64,000 nt of DNA from the NCBI GenBank assembly GCA_964291655.2, contig OZ219801.1, positions 384,001-448,000 on the forward strand, given 5' to 3'. Every line of letters starts with the position of its first letter. Position 1 is the first letter of the stretch. This document shows, piece after piece, positions 1 to 9,812 of this stretch. This stretch comes from Chloroflexota bacterium. GTDB taxonomy: Bacteria > Chloroflexota > UBA11872 > VXOZ01. The notes under the pieces are model-generated. The model did not search any database. It saw nothing but the letters and a program-made list of their open reading frames with translations, and was not told the DNA's origin. The position numbers were made by a program, and so were the translations under genes.

Positions 1-535
1 CCTCGATGTAGGCAGTGGCACCGGCGGTTTCACGTGGCAACTCCTACAGCAAGGCGCGAAGCGTGTCTATGCGGTTGACGTAGGCGCCAATCAACTTCAT
101 CACGAACTACGGGCAGATCCCAGGGTTGCGGCCTACGAACAAACCGACGTGCGCGGCCTGACCGCATTCCCCGAGCCACCGCACGTTGCCGCGGTAGACG
201 TCTCTTTTATCTCGTTGCGCCTCATCTTGCCCCATGTGTGTACGCTTACGCGCCCCGACGCAGACCTAGTGGTTCTCCTCAAGCCGCAGTTTGAGGTGGC
301 AACCATCGAACTGACGAAGGGCGGATCCATTCATAGTCGAGAAACGCAGCGCGCCATTCGCCATGCTTTTGTTGATTGGTGCGCTGCAAATGACCTGGTG
401 GTCAAGGGCGAAGTAGAGAGCCCGCTTCGCGGCAAACATGGCACCCGCGAATTCTTCCTCCATCTCAATCACGCCTCGGTTGCGAGATTTTTTCCCGCGA
501 GGGAATCTGGTAGAGAGAGGCAGTCACGTCCATAG
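1..535 (+). CDS. tlyA: TlyA-family RNA methyltransferase (5' truncated by window edge)
   Basis: Frame from nt 2 reads LDVGSGTGGFTWQLLQQGAKRVYAVDVGANQL..., then DVSFISL and LLKPQFE...SPLRGKHGTREF, all TlyA hallmarks; continuous with ORF 149..535. Confidence 0.9.
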   Translation, partial: LDVGSGTGGFTWQLLQQGAKRVYAVDVGANQLHHELRADPRVAAYEQTDVRGLTAFPEPPHVAAVDVSFISLRLILPHVCTLTRPDADLVVLLKPQFEVATIELTKGGSIHSRETQRAIRHAFVDWCAANDLVVKGEVESPLRGKHGTREFFLHLNHASVARFFPARESGRERQSRP

Positions 536-573
536 GTATAGAAATAGGCGGCGCAGAGCGGGCGGCAACACAA

Positions 574-2157
574 TCAAGCCGACTCGTCGGCAGTGCCGGT
601 ATCCTCAGGTGGGGGGCTCGCCATCAGGACGCTAAATGGATGCAGCTTATGGATGCGGTGGTTTCCGGTATCCGCAACGAATACGCGATCGCGATCGTCA
701 ACGGCGACTCCATAGGGATCCGAAAATTGCCCCTGCTGACCGGCCACCTGAAGGCCCCATTGCGAAAGCGGCTCACCATCGGGCGACAACTCCTGAATGC
801 GGTTGTTCCAGGTATCCGCGACGTAGATTCTGCCGCGCTGGTCTAGGGCAATGCCGCTTGGATTGCGAAACTGACCTGGTTCCGCCCCTTCCTCGCCCCA
901 TTGTCCGCTGGGTTCACCGTCGGGATTGAGCTTCTGTACCCTATGGTTTCCGGAGTCGGTGATGTAGACCCATCCTGCCTCATCCAGAGCGACTCCAACC
1001 GGTGCACGGAATTCCCCAGGACCGTCGCCGTGGGAACCCCACATTGCAAGCACCTTACCGTCAGAGGAGAACTTCTGAATGCGGTTATTGCCGGTGTCGG
1101 CAACGTAGATGTTGCCTGTAGAGTCAACTGCAACGCCGTTGGGCGAACGGAATTGGCCGGGCTTTGCGCCTTGCTCGCCCCATTGCGCCAACGGCTGACC
1201 TTCTGCGGAAAGTCTCTGAATCCGATGATTGAGCGTATCGGCCAAGAGTACCTGTCCACTTATGTCAATAGTCAAGCCGCGCGGCGAACGAAATTCGCCT
1301 GCTTTTTGTCCCGTACTCCCCCACTGTGCTACCGCGTCCCCGTCGGGTGAGAACTTCTGCAGGCGATTATTGATCGTATCAACCACATGGACATTGCCCT
1401 GCTGATCGATTGCTACGTCATGCGGAGAACTGAACTGACCGGGCCTTGATCCAAGCTCTCCCCAAATCGCCTGGCTGCGGCGGCGCTGACTCGACTGGAC
1501 TCGGCGGACCAATCGGAATGCCCACGCCACCGAGACGACAAAGACTATAGCTGAAAGCGGGAGAATCCATAGTTCGCCAAGCAACAAGGGGAAGTCATAC
1601 AAACCGTGCAGCACTACCGGAATCACCCACGCCAAACGAGCATATCGACCCCGGCGCGCGGGATTGAATGCGCTCTGCGCGATGTAGTAACCCATAATGG
1701 CGCCGAGCGCGCCATGCACCGGCACCGAGGTGAGCCCGCGTACCGCCGCTCCCATTGTATCTCCTTCCATCACGTAGGCAATGTTCTCTAGCGCGGCAAA
1801 GCCAAGCGAAGCGACTACGCCGTAAACCACCCCATCGAACGGTTCTGCCAGCCGCTTACGCTGGCATGAGAAATTGGCAAGCACTACGTACTTAAACGAT
1901 TCTTGGAGAATTGCTGCGCCAAGGAACGCCTGGATAAACAGTACCAGCGGGAGGCTGCCTGTTAGATCGCCCAACACTGGATAGAGGATTGAAACAGGAA
2001 AGGCCAATATGATGACCGGCAGCGTGACCACGATACCCAGACCAAACGTCGCCCAAAGGGTAATGCGGGGTTGGGGAAACTCCGGCCGCGTGTGCAGGAA
2101 CCAAATCAAAATGAGTCCCGGCACCACTGCGGAAGAGAACATCAAGAGTGGTTGCAA
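574..2157 (-). CDS. PrsW-family intramembrane protease domain fused to a six-repeat NHL beta-propeller
   Basis: Hydrophobic N-terminal ~220 aa with QESFK, GFAALEN, VHG and LHGLYDF motifs; C-terminus has six GxFxxPxxxAxDxxGxxxVxDTxNxRIQ repeats. Confidence 0.85.
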   Translation of the reverse strand: MQPLLMFSSAVVPGLILIWFLHTRPEFPQPRITLWATFGLGIVVTLPVIILAFPVSILYPVLGDLTGSLPLVLFIQAFLGAAILQESFKYVVLANFSCQRKRLAEPFDGVVYGVVASLGFAALENIAYVMEGDTMGAAVRGLTSVPVHGALGAIMGYYIAQSAFNPARRGRYARLAWVIPVVLHGLYDFPLLLGELWILPLSAIVFVVSVAWAFRLVRRVQSSQRRRSQAIWGELGSRPGQFSSPHDVAIDQQGNVHVVDTINNRLQKFSPDGDAVAQWGSTGQKAGEFRSPRGLTIDISGQVLLADTLNHRIQRLSAEGQPLAQWGEQGAKPGQFRSPNGVAVDSTGNIYVADTGNNRIQKFSSDGKVLAMWGSHGDGPGEFRAPVGVALDEAGWVYITDSGNHRVQKLNPDGEPSGQWGEEGAEPGQFRNPSGIALDQRGRIYVADTWNNRIQELSPDGEPLSQWGLQVAGQQGQFSDPYGVAVDDRDRVFVADTGNHRIHKLHPFSVLMASPPPEDTGTADESA

Positions 2158-2490
2158 TACAGCCTCCCTGGTCTTGTCGCAGCGACTTGCGACCTCATGT
2201 TACGCAGGGAAGCTCCGTCACTAAGACTTCGTCCACGCAACTGCGTTACCTTTGCCTTCTGCTCTGAGTCGTGAACGATAGGCCTCCAGCCTACAGATTC
2301 CTACCAAATGTACTACAGATACTGGTGCAGCATGAAACTACATGGGAGTTGGATTTGGCAAGATGGGGTTCCGAAGGACCTCATTCCGGCTCCTCCGGAC
2401 ATAGCATTAGCTTCTAGCTTGCCCTTCTGTACCCGACCGCTATGCCTGCACTTCCCACCATAGAAATCAGGCAGTCAGGTCAGAGCGCCT

Positions 2491-4854
2491 CTACGGGTTG
2501 AACTCCACCCAGACGGGGCTTGACCACGCCCTCGGACCCCAAGCGGGGGCTACATTGGAGAGATGGCTCCGCCAGGCCATGGACTGTCCAACGCTGAGAT
2601 AGTAGAAGTGCTCGCCGGGCGCCGCATCATTGTCCGTATACTGGCCCGACGCCTGTTCGTCAGATGACTCCCACGACTTGATCGCTTCACCGTCGCGCAC
2701 TAGCGTGATGGTTGCGGGCAATTCCGTAAGCTGTACATTCCACTGGATTTCCGGCGCGTCCAGAGTTCTGCCTGCGCCTCCCATGAAGACGCCGTTAACC
2801 CAAAGCTGAATGCCAATGCGGGAACCGTCGGTCGCAAAACACCGATGCTTCCGCAAGGCATCGAGTATAGCCGTACGACTCAGGTCTTCAGCATAGATGC
2901 CGGTCAGACCGCCGCCAGTCCCTGCCGTACGACGATGACCGTCGCTGCAGCCAATGAACCCCAACTTGCGCCCGCTCTTCAGTACTTGATGAATCTTCTC
3001 CCGGTACGCCGGATCGAGCATGTGCACGCGCCAGCCGGAGCAGACTTCCATATTGGTTTCGGTCCACGAGTCGGACAAAAACTCCCAATGCTCGTGATGT
3101 GGGTGCAGGATCGCGCCGTACCGTTCAGCATGCGCGGCGAGTGCCGCAAGCGGTTCCCCTTCTACCTCGGTATAGCGTAAGAGCGGCAGCTGCTCTCTTC
3201 CGGCTATCACTGTGCGGTGATTCGAAGTCCTAGAGCCGGAAGCACGACTCATCTGTGACCACTCGAATGCCGGCAGCACCAGGAGGTCACTTAGGTGCCT
3301 GAAGTGAAGCGCAAAGTGATAGTCCAAATCGTATTCCGATGCCGTAAGACTGAGGAGGTGCTTGTCGTTGTCCGAAAACGCCACGCAGTCCAACTGAGCT
3401 ACATCGCGGGCATACGCTATCAGCTCGTCAACATACCCTTCCGCATCGGCGGAATGAGTAGAGTGGACATGCAAGTCTGCCCAAAAGAGGGTGAGTTCCG
3501 ATTCCTTTGTACCTGCTCGAGCATTCTCGCTGCTGATTTGGATTCCCCCACTAGGCCGGGAATCGGTTCGCGGCCCACTCGGTGAAGCCGGACTCCATCC
3601 GAACCAACGCCCTTCGTCGAGGAAGCGAGGTGCATCACCAAGGGTAAGAGCGACCAGGCAAACGTCTTCCACAGATATCTCCGGGGCCACACGCGCCGTT
3701 ACCCATAGTTCGTTGCGCCCATCAACAGCCTCGTTGGCAACCGGTGTATAGTATCGAGGCCCAACTGCAATAGACCGCGTTTCCTGAACATCGGGAGCAG
3801 ATTGGCCCTTGGTGGAATCGATATAGCGTCCACAAAGCACGCCCCCTGTCGTGGTGGTACTACCGTTAGGCAGTTCTTTCCGCTCCCAGAGCAACCAGAC
3901 GCCGCCATCCGGGCTTGCAACAACCAATGGCTTACGTCGTCTACCGAGATACCCCCATACGCCCAAGCCCTGCCATTCAAGCATGCCCCAGGCTAAGACT
4001 CCGAGGTCCGGCGATCCGTTGGCATCTTCTACAAGCTGCCACTGACCGTCTACACGCCGCGCCACTCTCGCCACAGGCCACTGGTCGAGCACATTCCCAT
4101 CGCTTACAACCTCCTGCCTGCAGAGCCACGTGATCCAAGGGTTGCCGTCATTGTCTATCGTGAGCGATGGCACAAGCTGCCAAGCTTCCTCCGTTACCAT
4201 TTCCGATTCAGCAGCCCGGTCGGTTACTACCTCCCGCGCGCCAATTGATCCATCTTGCTCAACGAAAACACAATAGATTCCGAATTTGCCGTCTACATAG
4301 GCATCCCAGGCAACCCAGTAACCGTTGCTCGTTACGGCGACTTCCGGCCGCTGCACCCAACCGGCGGCAGTAGTTATGTCTATGGGATCCGACCAGCCTC
4401 TACCCGTGTTGGCGGCGAAACGAACCTTATATGCTCCTGGCGTTGCGGCCTCACACCACACCGCGGCCATGCGTCCTGCGGCAGAATCTGCGTGCAAGGA
4501 AACGACAAAACCTTCACTTCCCAGCTTCTGAGGTGTTTCCCATCCCGAAATAGAACGTGTAGACCCGTATACGGCATAGGTTTCCCAAAGATCCTGGGAA
4601 ATCCAAACGCTCGTCGGCACGTCCTGCACTAGTCCAATGTAGGGCGAGTGATTCCTACCTTCCTTCGGGGTAACCGTTTCAAGGGGAGTCAGCTCACCAC
4701 TGTGCGAGGCCCGGGCGTAAATGTGCTCTTTGTCTTGCTGGTACCCCTGCCATACGGCCCACACTGTGTTACCGCTGCGCACGGCGTGGGGTGTGTGGCA
4801 TTCACGGCCATCAAGCTCCGTCGAAAGTACCGTGTGCGCGCTAAAGTTCGTCAT
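2491..4854 (-). CDS. PHP-like (CehA/McbA / DUF3604-type) metallohydrolase with long N-terminal beta-rich domain
   Basis: FWADLHVHSTHSAD, NHR, HPHH, GCSDGH, GLTGIYAEDLSRTAILDAL..RCFATDG and the C-terminal AWSSPVWV motif. Confidence 0.75.
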   Translation of the reverse strand: MTNFSAHTVLSTELDGRECHTPHAVRSGNTVWAVWQGYQQDKEHIYARASHSGELTPLETVTPKEGRNHSPYIGLVQDVPTSVWISQDLWETYAVYGSTRSISGWETPQKLGSEGFVVSLHADSAAGRMAAVWCEAATPGAYKVRFAANTGRGWSDPIDITTAAGWVQRPEVAVTSNGYWVAWDAYVDGKFGIYCVFVEQDGSIGAREVVTDRAAESEMVTEEAWQLVPSLTIDNDGNPWITWLCRQEVVSDGNVLDQWPVARVARRVDGQWQLVEDANGSPDLGVLAWGMLEWQGLGVWGYLGRRRKPLVVASPDGGVWLLWERKELPNGSTTTTGGVLCGRYIDSTKGQSAPDVQETRSIAVGPRYYTPVANEAVDGRNELWVTARVAPEISVEDVCLVALTLGDAPRFLDEGRWFGWSPASPSGPRTDSRPSGGIQISSENARAGTKESELTLFWADLHVHSTHSADAEGYVDELIAYARDVAQLDCVAFSDNDKHLLSLTASEYDLDYHFALHFRHLSDLLVLPAFEWSQMSRASGSRTSNHRTVIAGREQLPLLRYTEVEGEPLAALAAHAERYGAILHPHHEHWEFLSDSWTETNMEVCSGWRVHMLDPAYREKIHQVLKSGRKLGFIGCSDGHRRTAGTGGGLTGIYAEDLSRTAILDALRKHRCFATDGSRIGIQLWVNGVFMGGAGRTLDAPEIQWNVQLTELPATITLVRDGEAIKSWESSDEQASGQYTDNDAAPGEHFYYLSVGQSMAWRSHLSNVAPAWGPRAWSSPVWVEFNP

Positions 4855-5099
4855 CCTATTGCCATGACTTCCCAGGTGTCGGTACCCACGTTTCTTGCCC
4901 CTCTTGAAATGAACCTGTATTCAATGTGAATTCTCTCTGCTCAAATCACCACAGCGACCTAACTTTATCTCCACAACACTGACCTCAGCCATCACCAGCC
5001 CCATTTCACAAGGCCCAGCACGGCTATCGGTCGTGCAATCAGTCACGCTTTCTCGGGGCTAATCCCCCTTGCTGAACCGATTCTAGGTTGTTGTAGCGT

Positions 5100-6632
5100 T
5101 TATCCGAGGTCCTTTAGAATCTCGTGCGCCGCATTGTGACCGGGCACACCGCTAATCTCGCCACCCGGATGCTGTCCGGCGCCGCAGAGGTAGAGCCCAC
5201 CTAAGGGCGCCCGGTAATGAGAAATCTCCGGCAGCGGCCGATTCCAAACCAGGTGCTCGCCGGCATGCTGAACGTGCCAGATGCAACCGTCCGTCAAGCC
5301 GTTCTCGCGTTCCAGGTCGAGCGGGGTGCGCAATTTGTAGTCGCGTATCGACTGGCGAAAGTTTGGCGCGCACTCCGTGATTTGGTCGATGAGTCCTTCT
5401 GCTACCTGCTCCCGCACGTCGTCCCACGTTCCGTTCCGCAGCTTCCCAGGCGCCGCATAAATCCAGATGGACGCGGTATGGTATCCCGGCTGCGTAATGC
5501 TGTCGTCAACCCCAGACGGTATCGAGAAACTAATCAGAGGTCTGCGCGGGGGACGTCCGGCTTCCAAATCATCGTAACAGGCGGACATTTCCTCGCGGGT
5601 AAGGCTAATGACCACGGCGCCTTTGCTTGCCTGCTCAGGGTCTCCGTCCCAGGCGGTCCATTGCGGCAACTCAGAAATCACCGCAAGGAATTTATAGCAA
5701 CTGACGTGCGTAGTAAGTCCCTGAATGCGTTTGCGGAAACCACCGTCCAAGTGCTCCTCGGGCATGAGTCGCAGGAAGGTGCGTTTGGGGTCAAGATTGG
5801 AAGCAACGACCCGGCTGCGCACTTCGCCGCCATTTGCCAACTGAATGCCTACGACCTTACCGCCTTCTACCAGAAATTCCTCGACCTCGTGGTCGGTATG
5901 GATTGTCACACCGGCATCCTCTGCGGATTCTCTGAAGAGTTGGCTCACCACCCCAACGCCACCGCGCACGTAGCCGTTTGGCGGCTTGATGCCTGTTTCC
6001 TCATCCGCGGCATTGAGTGATGCGTAGGCAAGCTGAAAGCCCCACGGATTTCTGCCGATAGCGCCCGCTTCATAGCCGAGACGGTTCTTTAAATGACCGT
6101 CCGGCAGAAACTCGTCCTGCAGGTCGTAGATGCGCGTGGTAAGTGCTTTTTCCAGCACGTCGGCCGCGGGCGTTCCAGCGACTTTGGCGCGCACCTCTGC
6201 CAGCGTAGGCGGCGGTTGCAGCCGGTAGGGTGAAATCGCGCCCTGCAGTGTGTTCTTGAATTCCGCATAGCGCCGCTGCCCGTCGCGCTCCGCCGATGTC
6301 AGTTGCAGCGCGCGATTGCGGGGCGAATCGTGGGTGCTCGGCCCAAAGTACGTATCGTCCGGCAGCACCTGGATGCCCTGACGGGGAATCACCTCCAGGC
6401 CGCGTTCGAGGAGGCGGAAATCCCTATATATCTTTGGGTGTATACCGTGGACCATATGGGCGCAGGTGGAAAACTTGAAGCCCGGCCACAGTTCTTCCGT
6501 GATCGCGGCACCCCCGGTAAAGGGGCGGCGTTCGAATACATGCACCGCAAGTCCGGCACGCGCCAGATAGGTCGCGGCAACGAGACCGTTGTGGCCGCCG
6601 CCGACTATTGCTACGTCAATATCACCTGCCAC
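5100..6632 (-). CDS. Phytoene desaturase family (PYROXD2-like) FAD-dependent oxidoreductase
   Basis: VAIVGGGHNGLVAATYLA FAD fold, RTPLDLE, GLYLCGAGQHPGGEISGVPGHNAA; likely start GTG 6632 after GAGGGA RBS (ORF track start 6674). Confidence 0.85.
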   Translation of the reverse strand: MAGDIDVAIVGGGHNGLVAATYLARAGLAVHVFERRPFTGGAAITEELWPGFKFSTCAHMVHGIHPKIYRDFRLLERGLEVIPRQGIQVLPDDTYFGPSTHDSPRNRALQLTSAERDGQRRYAEFKNTLQGAISPYRLQPPPTLAEVRAKVAGTPAADVLEKALTTRIYDLQDEFLPDGHLKNRLGYEAGAIGRNPWGFQLAYASLNAADEETGIKPPNGYVRGGVGVVSQLFRESAEDAGVTIHTDHEVEEFLVEGGKVVGIQLANGGEVRSRVVASNLDPKRTFLRLMPEEHLDGGFRKRIQGLTTHVSCYKFLAVISELPQWTAWDGDPEQASKGAVVISLTREEMSACYDDLEAGRPPRRPLISFSIPSGVDDSITQPGYHTASIWIYAAPGKLRNGTWDDVREQVAEGLIDQITECAPNFRQSIRDYKLRTPLDLERENGLTDGCIWHVQHAGEHLVWNRPLPEISHYRAPLGGLYLCGAGQHPGGEISGVPGHNAAHEILKDLG

Positions 6633-6737
6633 CAAACGCTCCCTCAGTAATTTAATTCGACCCCGGTCGCGCAATCACTTGCCGTGAGCAAAGAAACCAC
6701 GTGGCCGGTCTTGGTCCTTTATCTACTTCAAGTGATA

Positions 6738-6877
6738 GGCCGCTCACTCGCCAGTCATATTGTTTAGCCACTCAGTCAACTGTCAATGTGTTTGGCCACT
6801 CACTCTAATGTCATTGAGTCTAGCCAATCACCCAACTGTCATAGTGTCTGGCCACTCACTCAAATGTCATTCCGAGC
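6738..6877. repeat. Five tandem 28-bp degenerate repeats, consensus RGCCACTCACTCAAMTGTCATWGTGTYT
   Basis: Units start at 6738, 6766, 6794, 6822 and 6850; the last unit runs into the REP at 6865. Confidence 0.8.
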
Positions 6878-6891
6878 GAAGCGAGGAATCT
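6865..6891 (+). repeat. REP-like palindrome TGTCATTCCGAGCGAAGCGAGGAATCT
   Basis: Hairpin ATTCC...GGAAT; related copies at 19799-19841 (reverse) and 44129-44199. Confidence 0.75.
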
Positions 6892-6994
6892 AGGATTCCC
6901 ATCGAGTATCCCATCCTCGCTTCGCCCATTGGACTTGCCAACCGAACCATAGACCAGCGCGCGGGCCGCCTATGAGCGGTCACCCGCTGCTAGC

Positions 6995-8416
6995 CTAAAG
7001 CCCTAGCTCTTTGCGCCAGTCCTCAGCAATAATGTTCATCTGCTCTTCTGCCGTGGCGAGAGCTTCCTGAATGCCCACCTCGCCGTTCCAGATTGAGCCG
7101 ACCCAACCGCCTGTAAGCACCTCAATGCGCATCTGATCGGAGCCGGGCACGCCAAAGCCCAGGGTCGAGGTGCGATATTGCATGTTCTCAGACATGTGGA
7201 GCACGAACGGATCGTTCTCGTGGAATTCCTCGGACAGCGTCGCCGACTTGCGCACCGGCACACGGTCGAAGGTCTTGGTGAACGCCAGCGTATTCTCCGG
7301 CCGGGCCAAGAACTCAAGCAATGCAAAGGACTCTTCCGCCACTTCCGTCCAGCCGGAGACCATATGGATCCAGGCGCCGCCGAGGCTTACTTGTCGCGCC
7401 GCATTGGCCGGCAAGGGGAATCCCGTGTACCCAAACTCATAGTCCGGGTCAATCGGGCGAATTTGCTGCTTGCGCTCGGCATACGTCATGTAGATGCTGG
7501 CGCACTTAGCATTGACGAGCGCTGCACCCCGGTCTCTGCCGGAGGGACGTGCTGATTCTTGGAATTCCTTGATGGAGGCGAATCCATCCTGCAGATCCCA
7601 CAACCGCTTAACGAATGTAAAGGCTTCAATACCCTCAGGTGTATTGAAAGTCATCTTGGTGCGGTCATCGTTCGTTCGACTACCGCCAAGCTGCAACAGG
7701 GGGAGCATGAAGAGCCACGTGCCGTTCGAGCCCCAGTCCGGCGGAAAACCCGCGACCGTGAGGTTGCCAGCAGCGTCTTTCTGCGTCGTCTTTTGGATGG
7801 CTTCCTCAAATTCGTCCCACGTCTGCGGTCCGACCGCCGGGTCCAGTCCACCATTGAGATAGAGATCGATGTTCATATAAAGCACGCGCATGTCTGGGCC
7901 GTACGGCATGCCGAACACCCGGCCGTCGCGCCAGATTACTGGCTCCATCAAGCCTTCCCAGACGTCGTCCATATCCAGGGCGGTAGCCTTGATGTAGTCA
8001 TTCAGATGCAGAACGGTGCCCTGCAGTCCCCGGTCAATCGGCGTGCCTTCGCCGCCGGTCACCACGTCATAGGGAATGTTCCCGGCGGCAGCCGCCGCGA
8101 ATGCCTCGTTACGGTTGCCCGTATAGGGTTCTACGAGCAGATTGATGTTGGAGAATTCTGCGCTGAATGCCTCCATCAAACCGTTAGATACGTGCCCTTC
8201 TTCGTGGAACCTGAATGCGGGATTCGGCACGAATACCACGTCCACCGGCTCGGCCGGTTGCGGCGCTGCTTCGGCCTTCTGTTCCGCTGGCTTTTCAGCA
8301 GCCATCTCAGGTTGTACTGTTGCCGTGCCGCAAGCTGCAAGGGCAGCCATAACAGGAATGCTGCTGGCTGCAACTAGCAGCTTTCGTCGCGTTATCGTTT
8401 CTGCTTTTTTGGCCAT
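6995..8416 (-). CDS. Carbohydrate-type ABC transporter extracellular solute-binding lipoprotein
   Basis: Twin-Arg-like signal (ITRRKLL), lipobox LAAC, Ala/Glu/Pro linker, GRVFGMP..LYMNIDL...GLDP..PQTWDEF SBP motifs. Confidence 0.88.
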   Translation of the reverse strand: MAKKAETITRRKLLVAASSIPVMAALAACGTATVQPEMAAEKPAEQKAEAAPQPAEPVDVVFVPNPAFRFHEEGHVSNGLMEAFSAEFSNINLLVEPYTGNRNEAFAAAAAGNIPYDVVTGGEGTPIDRGLQGTVLHLNDYIKATALDMDDVWEGLMEPVIWRDGRVFGMPYGPDMRVLYMNIDLYLNGGLDPAVGPQTWDEFEEAIQKTTQKDAAGNLTVAGFPPDWGSNGTWLFMLPLLQLGGSRTNDDRTKMTFNTPEGIEAFTFVKRLWDLQDGFASIKEFQESARPSGRDRGAALVNAKCASIYMTYAERKQQIRPIDPDYEFGYTGFPLPANAARQVSLGGAWIHMVSGWTEVAEESFALLEFLARPENTLAFTKTFDRVPVRKSATLSEEFHENDPFVLHMSENMQYRTSTLGFGVPGSDQMRIEVLTGGWVGSIWNGEVGIQEALATAEEQMNIIAEDWRKELGL

Positions 8417-8591
8417 TAGAGTCTCCTCTTACCCGTACTACAAAGAAACTAGACTGAGCTGCGCTTACCTCCTAACCACAATCCTGCTACCTCGTTCGCA
8501 AAGAGGGGCAGCCTCCTCTTGGTGCAGAGTATACCACGCTAAGACACATCCCATGGTGGCAATACTTCAGCATAGCGTCACTACTGTTCGT

Positions 8592-9422
8592 CTATGGCTT
8601 CTTCGCCGACGATAGCACTGCCGCCATAGGCAATCGGTAAACTCCATCCTCATCGAAACTAGCCACACCGTCGCGCACCTCCTGTCGTATGGCAGCCAGC
8701 GCTTCCGCTGACTGCGCCTGCAGAAGCGCTCCCGTGCGCACAGCGCCGTGCAAGAATGTATCAAAGAGCGTGTCCACATGCGGAAAGTCCCACTTGGTAT
8801 GCAATTCTTCCACGCGAGGAGATGAGAATCCGGCTTCCTTCAGGACGAGCCTGCTCTCAGCCGGATCGCTGAAGCGAAAGAAGGGCGGTCCGTCCGGCAA
8901 GGGCACGTCCATGTTGCCATGCTCGCCAATGGCATCGAGGATTATCCTAAAGCCCAAACTAATCTGGGGATCTGCCCACACGGAAAATGCGATGCGGCCC
9001 CCGGAGCGTAACACTCGATGCGCCTCCGCCACCGCCAACTCCGGCTGAGCAACGTGCAGCAAGCCGAAGTTCATAAGCACGGCATCAAACTGGGCAACCG
9101 GAAAGGGCAGCCTTTCGGCACTGGCAGTCTGAAATGAAATATCGGGGTATTGCTGGCGTGCCACGTCGACTGCCGCTTCCGCAAAGTCAATGCCGACCAC
9201 CTGGGCGCCGCGAACCGTTGCCGCTGCCGCCACATAGCCGGGCCCTGTGGCAACGTCCAGCACACGGCATCCGGCCTCTACATTACCGGCGTCCAGCAAT
9301 GGTTCGATGAAGCGCGTTGTGAGGGCTGCAAAGTAGCGGTGATAGTCTCCCGCTACTCGCTCCCACCCCGCTTTCTCGAATTCATAGAACTCACTGTCGA
9401 ATTCTTGACTGCGGCTCGGCAT
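8592..9422 (-). CDS. Class I SAM-dependent methyltransferase (UbiE-like)
   Basis: VLDVATGPG, SAERLPF..QFDAV, RVLRSGG; ATG 9422 preceded by GGGGGAA. Confidence 0.85.
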   Translation of the reverse strand: MPSRSQEFDSEFYEFEKAGWERVAGDYHRYFAALTTRFIEPLLDAGNVEAGCRVLDVATGPGYVAAAATVRGAQVVGIDFAEAAVDVARQQYPDISFQTASAERLPFPVAQFDAVLMNFGLLHVAQPELAVAEAHRVLRSGGRIAFSVWADPQISLGFRIILDAIGEHGNMDVPLPDGPPFFRFSDPAESRLVLKEAGFSSPRVEELHTKWDFPHVDTLFDTFLHGAVRTGALLQAQSAEALAAIRQEVRDGVASFDEDGVYRLPMAAVLSSAKKP

Positions 9423-9680
9423 AGCTTTCCCCCCTATGTTTAGCCTACACATACAACATTGTAACGAGACAAGCCGGCCATGACTCTCTCCAAGCTGCGG
9501 CGCCGTCGGTACCATCCGCCCGAGACAAGGTAGCGTGAAGTCGGGACATCCACCCTAGAATGCGGCTAGTTCGCAACTAATGTATAGCGCGACACAACAG
9601 TAGTCATTGCAGGTAGCAGCCCAAAGTCGCATTCCCTCGCAACCCTCAAAGCGCGAGCGTGTACGCTGCGTGCTCAAGAA

Positions 9681-9770
9681 TGCTATAGTATGGGATGATC
9701 TTCTGTGCAGCCACATGCGGGTGTTGATATCGCGCTCCACGCGAGAAGCACAACGCGGATGGCTGGACAG
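9681..9770 (+). promoter_or_regulatory. Putative extended -10 (TGcTATAGT) followed by a long stem-loop leader of the methylamine operon
   Basis: TGCTATAGT at 9681-9689; nested complementarity 9703-9770 (CTGT-CAGCCA/TGGCTG-ACAG, GTGTT/AGCAC, TCGCG/CGCGA). Confidence 0.4.
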
Positions 9771-9812
9771 TGGACACATACGAATCCCAAGCTGTAGTCT
9801 AAGGAACGTCGC

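Noticed and set aside
6738-6877. Possible CRISPR array or plasmid iterons (28-bp unit)
   Set aside because: No unique spacers, units are degenerate and contiguous, and no cas or rep gene is nearby.
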